From assembly GCA_021158345.1 (NCBI GenBank), contig JAGGUV010000118.1, forward strand, positions 1-63,976: a DNA stretch of 63,976 nt, written 5' to 3'. The notes under the pieces are model-generated. The model had not been told where the DNA came from. It saw only the letters and a program-made list of their open reading frames with translations, and made no database searches. This document shows positions 56,220 through 63,976 of this stretch, piece by piece (within the stretch, counting starts at the first letter, position 1; the number at the start of each line of letters is the position of its first letter). The translations under genes and the position numbers were made by a program. Source of the DNA: Bacteroidales bacterium. Lineage in GTDB: Bacteria > Bacteroidota > Bacteroidia > Bacteroidales > AUK083.

Positions 56220-57737
56220 ATGAACATCTACGAAATTTTATTACTTATAGCTTTAATTTTATGTACCATAGGATTATGGAAGATATTTGAAAAAGCAGGC
56301 GAAAAAAACTGGAAAGCTTTAATACCACTATATAATATATTTATATGCTTAAGAATCGCTGACAAACATAAAAAATTCTGGTGGTATTTTTTTCTTATAA
56401 CACCGTTTATAAATGTCTTTATGATAATGCTTCTCATTGTTGAGATAATAAAACATTTCGGCAAATTCAGTCTGGGACAGGAAGCATTAGCAGTGTTGTT
56501 TCCGTATATTTATCTCCCTTATCTCGGATTTTCTTCTAAAGAAAAATATTGTTCTACAAAAGATCTTCCTGTAATTAAAAAAACCGTTGTCAGGGAATGG
56601 GTTGATGCAATAATCTTTGCTGTTATTGCTGCCACAATTATACGTACTTTTCTTATTGAAGCTTATACTATCCCCACATCCTCAATGGAGAAATCATTGC
56701 TTGTGGGCGATTTTCTTTTCGTAAGTAAAATAAGCTACGGACCACGTGTACCCGAGACACCTCTTTCATTTCCATTTACTCACCACACTCTGCCTTTGAC
56801 AAAATATACTAAATCATATCTTGAGTGGATAAAATTACCTTATTACAGATTTCATGGACTGGAAAAAATTAAAAACAATGACGTAGTTGTATTTAATTAT
56901 CCTGACGGTGATACTGTAGCAAACAAAATTCAAAGTAATGAAAGCTATTATTCTTTAGTTAGAAGATTTGGACGTAATAGAGTTTGGCAAGACAAATACA
57001 CTTTTGGAGATATTATTGCCAGACCCGTTGATAAAAGAGAAAATTTTATTAAAAGATGTATTGCTATTTCAGGAGATACTTTGCAAATTATCAATCAAAA
57101 AGTTTTTATTAATGGCAAAGAAAATATTAATCCGGGCAAAAAACAATTCCAATATATTGTTACTACCGACGGTTCCAGAATAAACCCGAAAGCTCTTGAA
57201 AGACTCGATATTACAGAAACGGTTATGACTATTGCTCAAAACAAATTCTTAATAACTCTTACTGACGAGGCTGCTGAAAAACTTAAACATTTTGTTAACG
57301 TAAAAAGTGTTGAGCAATATATTCAACCTAAAGGAAAAGGGCAACCATATATTTTTCCTTTTGACACAACTTACAAATGGAATGTAGATAATTATGGACC
57401 TATTGTTATACCAAAAGCAGGAGCAACAATATCTGTTAACACAAAAAATATTTGTCTTTATAAAAGGATAATTAATGTTTTTGAAGATAATGACCTTAAA
57501 ATTAAAGACAATAAAATATTCATTAACGGCAAAGAAACTAATACCTACACTTTTAAAATGAATTATTACTGGATGATGGGAGACAACAGGCATAATTCTG
57601 CCGACTCACGTTTCTGGGGCTTTGTTCCTGAAGATCATATTGTGGGTAAAGCTATCTTTGTATGGCTGTCGTTAGACAAAAACAAATCATTGTTTGACGG
57701 TAAAATAAGATGGAGAAAATTGTTTAGGGTGATTTAA
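56220..57737 (+). CDS. lepB: Signal peptidase I with an N-terminal DUF5684-like membrane domain
   Basis: Catalytic Ser in IPTSSMEKSLLVGDFLFVSK, box GDNRHNSADSRFWGFVP. The N-terminal IPLYNIFICL...FWWYF membrane module precedes these. Confidence 0.9.
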   Translation: MNIYEILLLIALILCTIGLWKIFEKAGEKNWKALIPLYNIFICLRIADKHKKFWWYFFLITPFINVFMIMLLIVEIIKHFGKFSLGQEALAVLFPYIYLPYLGFSSKEKYCSTKDLPVIKKTVVREWVDAIIFAVIAATIIRTFLIEAYTIPTSSMEKSLLVGDFLFVSKISYGPRVPETPLSFPFTHHTLPLTKYTKSYLEWIKLPYYRFHGLEKIKNNDVVVFNYPDGDTVANKIQSNESYYSLVRRFGRNRVWQDKYTFGDIIARPVDKRENFIKRCIAISGDTLQIINQKVFINGKENINPGKKQFQYIVTTDGSRINPKALERLDITETVMTIAQNKFLITLTDEAAEKLKHFVNVKSVEQYIQPKGKGQPYIFPFDTTYKWNVDNYGPIVIPKAGATISVNTKNICLYKRIINVFEDNDLKIKDNKIFINGKETNTYTFKMNYYWMMGDNRHNSADSRFWGFVPEDHIVGKAIFVWLSLDKNKSLFDGKIRWRKLFRVI

Positions 57738-57738
57738 A

Positions 57739-57752
57739 GGGACTTCTATTAA
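57739..57752 (-). repeat. Intergenic motif copy 4 (TTAATAGAAGTCCC read on the minus strand)
   Basis: Plus strand reads gggacttctattaa, starting 2 nt after the lepB stop. It is the exact reverse complement of 38404-38417. Confidence 0.9.
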
Positions 57753-57999
57753 TCATCAAAAAAATAAAACTTTAAAATGCAGCCTTTCCATTAATAAAAC
57801 AGACTGCATTTTTTTTATTAAGCAACAGCTTGATATATAATTTGCTAAACATATTTATTCACAGCATATTATATAAAAACTATTAATTGTTTAAATAAAT
57901 ATATGCAATTTAATTCAATGTTCTAACAAATAATTAATTTGATTTTTAGGTTTATTTGTTGTATCTTTGTTATTATAACAAATAAATAAAAATCTCAAA

Positions 58000-59085
58000 A
58001 TGAAAACTTCCAAAAAAAAATTATTAATTATTCTGTTTATTTTATTTTCATCTCTATTAATTAAAGCAAATCCTGTAATATCTCCACCAATTATAAGTGA
58101 ATTATATGTTAGTAAATATTATGGATATAATTGGGAAATGGAACTTGTTAACAGTGGAAATTATAGTCTGGATGATATGTATATTACTAGTTCTACTGAT
58201 ACAGCCTTTTTTAAATCAGGTATTACATTTGAACCTGGTGAAACAATAACTATAAATCAAAGTGACTTAGTGTCTCCTTTATTTATTGATATAGAAGGAG
58301 ATGAAGTTACAATTTATTATATTGATTGGCCTATTTCTGATTTTCCCTTTATATTTGGAAACTATCCAAATTCAAAAATTAGCTCACCATATAACGGACA
58401 ATCACTTGTTAATCAAAAGTTTCATAATTATGGTGATGATGATTTCTGGTGGATAGTTAAAGAGAGACACCCAACATTTGGTAGAAATGCTTTTATAACA
58501 AGTACAAGAGGTTTATTTAAAGGCTTTGTTTACGACGCTCTTCATAAACCTATTAGTAATGTAAATCTTAAATATTCTTATTATTCTAATTCTAATTTTT
58601 GGATAGAACCATATATCTCTGTAGTTTATACTAATGAAAACGGTTATTTTGAAAGCAACCTTATGTTTTGCAGAAAATTCAATTTATGTGTCAATTATAA
58701 AAATATTACTTATCTGGATACATTAATTTCAATAGAACCTGATTCTGTAAATTATTTTGAGTTCACTTTAGACACTTTATTTGTAGGATTAAACGACTTT
58801 AATTCAAAAAACAATATTTCTATAAAAAATTATCCTAATCCTTTTAATCAAAAAACAACAATTTCTGCAGAGATGCCAAAAAATAAAAAAAACTCAAATG
58901 TTTTGATTAAAATATTTAATTTACAAGGTGAGATGATTAAAATCATTCCTGTTAATAATTCATCTAATAATGATATTAAAGTAACAATTGATAAAAACAA
59001 ATTGGATTTATCATCAGGAACTTATATTTACACTCTTGAAATAGGACATAAAAAAATTGCAACAAATAAAATGACTGTTATTTAA
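58000..59085 (+). CDS. Secreted protein with a T9SS type-A C-terminal sorting domain
   Basis: Signal peptide. C-terminus IKNYPNPFNQKTTISAEMP...IKIFNLQGEMIKII...GTYIYTLEIGHKKIATNKMTVI is the Por_Secre_tail pattern. There is a possible LTD-like N-terminal module and a CarboxypepD_reg-like middle (GFVYDALHKPISNVNL...TNENGYFES). Confidence 0.8.
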   Translation: MKTSKKKLLIILFILFSSLLIKANPVISPPIISELYVSKYYGYNWEMELVNSGNYSLDDMYITSSTDTAFFKSGITFEPGETITINQSDLVSPLFIDIEGDEVTIYYIDWPISDFPFIFGNYPNSKISSPYNGQSLVNQKFHNYGDDDFWWIVKERHPTFGRNAFITSTRGLFKGFVYDALHKPISNVNLKYSYYSNSNFWIEPYISVVYTNENGYFESNLMFCRKFNLCVNYKNITYLDTLISIEPDSVNYFEFTLDTLFVGLNDFNSKNNISIKNYPNPFNQKTTISAEMPKNKKNSNVLIKIFNLQGEMIKIIPVNNSSNNDIKVTIDKNKLDLSSGTYIYTLEIGHKKIATNKMTVI

Positions 59086-59666
59086 TGATTCGAAAAAGCT
59101 TTACTATAGTAATTTTTTTTTTATTTCTCACTCACTTTTCTTATTCTCAAAACATCGAATTTTATAAAGAAGATTTATCTTTTGAAATAAAAAATAATTA
59201 TTTTTATGTTGATGGCATTTATCATTTTTGTAATGTTAGTGATAAACCGTTGAAAAACATTTTACTTTATCCTTTTCCTCAAGACTCAGCTTATGGACAT
59301 ATTGATTCTGTTCAAATAGAAGAAATAGGTAATAAAAAAAATGTTTTAATTAGATATAATAATAAAAACGCCTTATTTAAAGTTAATTTAGAATCGTATG
59401 GAATAAAAAAATACAAGATTGCTTACAGACAAAAATTATTAGAACAAAAAGCTGAATATATTTTAACTACAACTCAACAATGGAATAAGCCTTTTGAAAA
59501 TGCATCCTACAAACTAATTGTACCAAAGTCTTTAGAAATAGATTCTATTTCATATAAAGAAGATAGTATTAAAATTATACAGGACAAAATTTATTATTTT
59601 TGGAAAAAGAAAAATTTTATGCCTTACAAAAATTTCATTGTATATTTTAAATCACCAAAAAAATAA
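59085..59666 (+). CDS. Secreted hypothetical protein, translationally coupled to the T9SS cargo gene
   Basis: ATGA start/stop overlap with the upstream gene. Signal peptide FTIVIFFLFLTHFSYSQ. Confidence 0.55.
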   Translation: MIRKSFTIVIFFLFLTHFSYSQNIEFYKEDLSFEIKNNYFYVDGIYHFCNVSDKPLKNILLYPFPQDSAYGHIDSVQIEEIGNKKNVLIRYNNKNALFKVNLESYGIKKYKIAYRQKLLEQKAEYILTTTQQWNKPFENASYKLIVPKSLEIDSISYKEDSIKIIQDKIYYFWKKKNFMPYKNFIVYFKSPKK

Positions 59667-59682
59667 AATCACAAATTTTTTT

Positions 59683-60486
59683 TTATTTAAAAGGTGAATC
59701 AGGCTCTTTAGCCATATGATTATACGAAAGTTTATCTAATAATTTAGGGAAAACTTTACCAAGGAAAACAGTAAATTTACCTTCAACAAAAGTAAGTATT
59801 AAAGACCTTTTACGTTTTTTAACAGCATTTGCAATTTTTTTAGCTACTTTTTCTGCTGACATCATTTTTGATTCATCCCTTGGAGTACTACCTTGCTCAG
59901 AACCATCAGCTGTTAAAGCATTACTACGTACATTTGAAGCTGTAAACCCCGGAGCAACTACGAGAACATGTAAATGATTTTTTAAATTTTCCACCCTCAA
60001 AGTATCTAAAAACCCTCTGATAGCAAACTTAGAAGCTGAATAAGCAGTTCTGCCCGGCAGACCAATATATCCTGCTATAGAAATAACTCCAACAACACTT
60101 CCTCTTTGCTCTAAAATATATGGTAAAGCATATTTAGTACAATAAACAGTGCCCCAAAAATTAACATCCATCAATCTACGCATAACATCCAAATTCATAT
60201 CAGCAAACAAGGCTCTCATTGATATTCCTGCATTATTTATCAGAACATCAACCCTCCCCCATTTTTCTATTGTCTTTTCCACTAAATTTCTACAATCTTC
60301 CTCTTTAGAAACATCTGTTTTAATTGATAGAATTTTGTTAGAAGACAAATCGGCTTTTATCTCATTTAATTTCTGAATATTACGGGCAGCCAATACTAAT
60401 TTTGCTCCTCTCCCTGCAAACTCGTATGCCAATGCTTTACCTATTCCTGAAGAAGCTCCTGTTATTATTACAACTTTATTATTCAT
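59683..60486 (-). CDS. SDR-family oxidoreductase
   Basis: TGASSGIGKA, NNAG, YSASKFA (catalytic YxxxK). Confidence 0.9.
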   Translation of the reverse strand: MNNKVVIITGASSGIGKALAYEFAGRGAKLVLAARNIQKLNEIKADLSSNKILSIKTDVSKEEDCRNLVEKTIEKWGRVDVLINNAGISMRALFADMNLDVMRRLMDVNFWGTVYCTKYALPYILEQRGSVVGVISIAGYIGLPGRTAYSASKFAIRGFLDTLRVENLKNHLHVLVVAPGFTASNVRSNALTADGSEQGSTPRDESKMMSAEKVAKKIANAVKKRKRSLILTFVEGKFTVFLGKVFPKLLDKLSYNHMAKEPDSPFK

Positions 60487-60698
60487 ATTAAAATCTTTAT
60501 TTAATTATTCTATTGAATTCTCCTCTTAAGAGATATTCATTGTCATTGATGGTCATTAATGAGCAAATTCATTAAAAAAATTTAAATTTCAAAGCAAGAT
60601 ACAAAATTTTTAAAACTATAATTTATATTCATATATATGGCTTGAAATTTTTAACAATTAAAAAATATAATACTTTTGCAAAAGCAAAAATACAAATT

Positions 60699-61886
60699 AT
60701 GATTTCACAACGACAACTATTCTTAAAACATGTAGGTCAGACTTCAAAAGAGCCAATGTCATTAGAAATAGAAAAAGCCGAGGGCATTTATCTTTTTGAT
60801 GTAAACGGCAAAAAATATTATGATATGGTTTCAGGAGTGTCAGTAAGCAATATTGGGCACAGAAATCCTGAAGTTATTAAAGCTATAAAAGACCAACTTG
60901 ATAAATATATGCACCTGATGGTTTATGGAGAATATATACAATCTCCACAGGTTAAGCTTGCAAAATTACTTTCTGATAATTTGCCAAAAAGTTTAGATAC
61001 AGTATTCTTTGTAAATTCAGGCAGCGAAGCAGTAGAAGGTGCTTTGAAATTAGCCAAAAGATATACTAACAGAGCTGAAATAATTTCTTTTAAAAAAGGT
61101 TATCACGGCAGCACACAAGGTGCTTTAAGTGTCTTAGGAAGTGAGACTTTAAAAAACTCTTACCGTCCTCTCCTACCGGATATAAAATTATTAGAATATA
61201 ATAATATTGAAAATCTTAAAGAAATTACCGAAAGAACTGCTTGTGTTATCACTGAGACTATTCAATCGGAAGCTGGGATTATTTTGCCTGAAAACGATTT
61301 TCTGAAAAAGCTAAGAGAGAGATGTCATGAAACAGGCACATTATTGATTTTTGATGAAGTGCAAATGGGTTTTGGCAGAACAGGAAAATTATTCAGCTTT
61401 GAGAATTTTGATGTTATTCCCGATATTTTTACAATTGCCAAAGCTATGGGCGGAGGAATGCCTATCGGAGCTTTTGTATCTTCAAATGAAATTATGTCAA
61501 CTTTAACATTTAAACCTGCTTTGGGGCACATAACAACTTTTGGAGGTCATCCTGTTTGTTGTGCCGCAGCTCTCGCTAATCTTAATTTTATCCTTAAAAA
61601 TAATATTATTGATGATGTTAATGATAAAGGAAAATTATTTGTCAAATTATTATCCAATCATCCAAAAGTAAAAGGAATACGTCGGAAAGGTCTTATGCTT
61701 GCAATAAAATTAGAAAATCACTACTTATTGGAAAAATATATCAATATTTCTCTTGACAACGGACTTATTCACGATATGTTTTTATTTAATGATGATTCAT
61801 TCAGGATAGCTCCTCCATTAACAATAACTTTCGATGAAATAAAAGAAGTAAGTAAAATTATTATTTCATGTTTAGATAAAATTTAA
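60699..61886 (+). CDS. Class-III (acetylornithine/ornithine-type) PLP-dependent aminotransferase
   Basis: NSGSEAVEGALKLAKRYT, FDEVQMGFGRTGKLF, PLP-Lys in IFTIAKAMGGGMPIG. I prefer ATG 60699 (MISQRQLFLKH) to the tracked TTG 60642. Confidence 0.88.
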   Translation: MISQRQLFLKHVGQTSKEPMSLEIEKAEGIYLFDVNGKKYYDMVSGVSVSNIGHRNPEVIKAIKDQLDKYMHLMVYGEYIQSPQVKLAKLLSDNLPKSLDTVFFVNSGSEAVEGALKLAKRYTNRAEIISFKKGYHGSTQGALSVLGSETLKNSYRPLLPDIKLLEYNNIENLKEITERTACVITETIQSEAGIILPENDFLKKLRERCHETGTLLIFDEVQMGFGRTGKLFSFENFDVIPDIFTIAKAMGGGMPIGAFVSSNEIMSTLTFKPALGHITTFGGHPVCCAAALANLNFILKNNIIDDVNDKGKLFVKLLSNHPKVKGIRRKGLMLAIKLENHYLLEKYINISLDNGLIHDMFLFNDDSFRIAPPLTITFDEIKEVSKIIISCLDKI

Positions 61887-61889
61887 ATT

Positions 61890-62366
61890 ATGAATTCAGA
61901 AGAAAAACGATTTATGAAAATTGCTATTGACTTAGCAAAAGACAATATTAAAAACAATAATGGTGGTCCCTTTGGTGCAATAATAGTTAGAAACGGAGAA
62001 ATAATTGCTACAGGTGTTAATAATGTTACAAAAAATAACGACCCAACAGCACATGCCGAAATAACAGCAATAAGAAATGCATGCAAAAAACTTGAAACTT
62101 TTGAATTAAACGATTGCGAAATTTATTCTTCTTGCGAACCTTGTCCTATGTGTTTAGGGGCTATTTATTGGGCAAGATTTAAAAAATTATATTTTGCTGC
62201 TTCTAAAAACGATGCTGCATCTATTGGTTTTGATGATGCTTTTATTTATAATGAATTTAACAAACCTTATAAAGAAAGAAATATTGAATGCATACAAATA
62301 ATGCGTGATGAAGCTGTTAAAGCTTTTGAAATATGGGAAAAAACTGAAGAGAAAATTCAGTATTAA
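61890..62366 (+). CDS. Nucleoside/guanine deaminase (CMP/dCMP deaminase zinc-binding family)
   Basis: HAEITAIRNA and PCPMCLGAIYWA zinc motifs. The size and tail resemble B. subtilis-type guanine deaminase. Confidence 0.85.
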   Translation: MNSEEKRFMKIAIDLAKDNIKNNNGGPFGAIIVRNGEIIATGVNNVTKNNDPTAHAEITAIRNACKKLETFELNDCEIYSSCEPCPMCLGAIYWARFKKLYFAASKNDAASIGFDDAFIYNEFNKPYKERNIECIQIMRDEAVKAFEIWEKTEEKIQY

Positions 62367-62499
62367 AAAACTTATATTTTAAGATAAGAGTTTTATTGGA
62401 ATAGTTAAATATATGATTGTTACGGTATTCATCAGAAAATTATAATGATGAGGTTCCAGGTTAATTTGTGACACAATAAAAAGAATGAATATAAAAATA

Positions 62500-63618
62500 T
62501 TATTTTTTACTTCCTAAAACAGTAACAGAGCCTTTGTAAGTTTCGTCGGAATAATAGCCGTTACATTTTAAGATATAAAAATAAACACCATCGGAAACAT
62601 CTTCTGCATTCCAGTCATTCTGATAATCTTTATTTTCGTATATCTTTTTACCATATCTGTTAAAAACTATCAAATGAAAATTAATATACCATTGTTTGAT
62701 AGGAAAAGGTGTTAAACTGGAATTGTTATCATCTTTACTTATTTGAAAGAAATCATTTTTACCATCACCATTAGGGGTAATAACATTAGGAATAATTAAT
62801 TCAACAGGCTTAACTTCAATATAATGCATAACAGAGTCAACACATCCTGTTACAATAGAAGTTGCTTTAAGCCATACTTCATAAATATTTGTTGTATCAG
62901 GAAAAGTATGCACAGGGTTTAACTCATAGGAAGTCTCTGTAGAATCACCAAAATTCCAGACACGGTTTTCAACATCAACAGACTCATCAAAAAAATTAAC
63001 AATAGGATTTTCAATATAAATAACACTATCGCCATCAGGTATATCAGTAGAAAAATCAATTTCAGGTCTGTCAAGAACTTCTAACGAAAAAGTATCTTTT
63101 AACGCACATTTTGTATCGTAAGCAATAACCCAGTTATCTTTTTCACATAATCCCATTGCTATGCTATCATGTAAAAAAGGACTTGAACTCCAGTCGAATT
63201 CATAAGGAGGATAACCTCCCGAAACTCTGACTTTTGCCTGACCCATACATGTTCCCGGACAAAACTCATTGAGTTGAATTATTTCATCAAAAACTATATG
63301 AGAATATACACTTACTTTTACACTATCATAACAAGTATCATAATCATTAATTATTCTCACATAAAACATAGCTGTATCTACAGGAGAGACTTTTGCAGCA
63401 TTCATTACACTAAGAGTATCGCCATTAATATCTGTCCACAAATAATCAAATGTAAAAGGTTTTACGCTAATAAAGATACTGTCTTTAAAACAAATAGTGG
63501 TATCATTACTTATCTCATATTCAAAATTGCACACTGCTTTTCGTGAATTATTTTGAGCTGATAAATTATTAGAGAAAAAATATAATGTGATGGATATTAT
63601 TATAAGGATTCTGTTCAT
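62500..63618 (-). CDS. Gliding-motility-associated C-terminal domain (T9SS type-B CTD) surface protein with SprB-like and PKD-like modules
   Basis: C-terminus IPNVITPNGDGKNDFFQI...FNRYGKKIYE...WNAEDVSDGVYFYILK (CHU_C / type-B pattern). CPGTCMGQAKVRVSGGYPPYEFDW is SprB-repeat-like. WNFGDSTETSYELNPVHTF is PKD-like. Confidence 0.8.
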   Translation of the reverse strand: MNRILIIISITLYFFSNNLSAQNNSRKAVCNFEYEISNDTTICFKDSIFISVKPFTFDYLWTDINGDTLSVMNAAKVSPVDTAMFYVRIINDYDTCYDSVKVSVYSHIVFDEIIQLNEFCPGTCMGQAKVRVSGGYPPYEFDWSSSPFLHDSIAMGLCEKDNWVIAYDTKCALKDTFSLEVLDRPEIDFSTDIPDGDSVIYIENPIVNFFDESVDVENRVWNFGDSTETSYELNPVHTFPDTTNIYEVWLKATSIVTGCVDSVMHYIEVKPVELIIPNVITPNGDGKNDFFQISKDDNNSSLTPFPIKQWYINFHLIVFNRYGKKIYENKDYQNDWNAEDVSDGVYFYILKCNGYYSDETYKGSVTVLGSKK

Positions 63619-63976
63619 ATAATTTTCATTTTTAATCTTATTTAAGATACAAAAAGATAAACTTATTTTTTATTTAAAAATTGCTTTGCTAAAGTAATAA
63701 AATTTATTTTTAATAATATTTATCACTTCAAAAATACACATTATTTCTGAAATTCTTGGTTATTAAATGCCAATTTTATATGAATGTTTATAGCTTCAAT
63801 ATTTTTGTTTTCTGAATGAGTTCACTAACAATATTAATTAATTAGCATTTACAAAAAAAGGCTATTTTCTAAAAACTTTGTAAATATAGGTTTACCGATT
63901 ATGTTTTATTTTCATAAAAATCTAAAATAAAATAGTATTTTTGATTTGGTGTTTAAAATCTAAAAAAAATTGATGA

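Noticed and set aside
1-63976. CRISPR arrays, tRNA, rRNA, tmRNA, transposase or integrase genes
   Set aside because: No regularly spaced direct repeats, no tRNA T-arm-like GTTCGAATC-type strings and no recombinase-like ORFs were seen in any frame of the track.

Overview
AT-rich (roughly 30% GC by eye) chromosomal segment that looks like Bacteroidota. Supporting signs are T9SS type-A and type-B C-terminal sorting domains, a CarboxypepD_reg-type TonB-dependent receptor, pyrG-yidC synteny, long-form NusB, and DUF1573/DUF5683/DUF3276-type genes. About 56 protein genes are supportable; I found no rRNA, tRNA or CRISPR array. The right half (about 29-62 kb) is mostly housekeeping: citDE fusion, gap, pyrG, yidC, rpsA, rnz, arcA, kdsA, pstSCAB, coaE, yajC, nusB, parAB, dapB, lepB. 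The left half is accessory and holds a giant GEVED/CBM/PKD surface protein plus three adjacent minus-strand transcription units. These are (i) ECF sigma / Spy-like / anti-sigma / NapH-CcoG-like 4Fe-4S membrane protein, (ii) a duplicated BNR-propeller T9SS cargo, and (iii) a tightly coupled TonB receptor / LTD lipoprotein / beta-barrel / ABC ATPase / ABC-2 permease / large membrane accessory protein operon of unknown function. The most unusual locus is a small restriction-modification island at 24.5-27.6 kb. There a Dam-family methyltransferase overlaps a DpnI-family (methyl-directed, 'Dam-replacing') endonuclease. These are followed by an untracked 57-aa DpnD-like ORF, a 140-aa unknown and a 5'-truncated DpnA-like methyltransferase, so the island reads as a hybrid of the normally mutually exclusive DpnI and DpnII cassettes. 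Other signals are a GC-rich ~150-nt hairpin beside that island (candidate ncRNA of unknown class), an exact 12-14-nt intergenic motif present four times as two inverted pairs, a perfect 54-nt intragenic repeat, and a ~185-nt inverted-repeat-bounded element. All functional calls come from motif recognition by eye; no database search was run.
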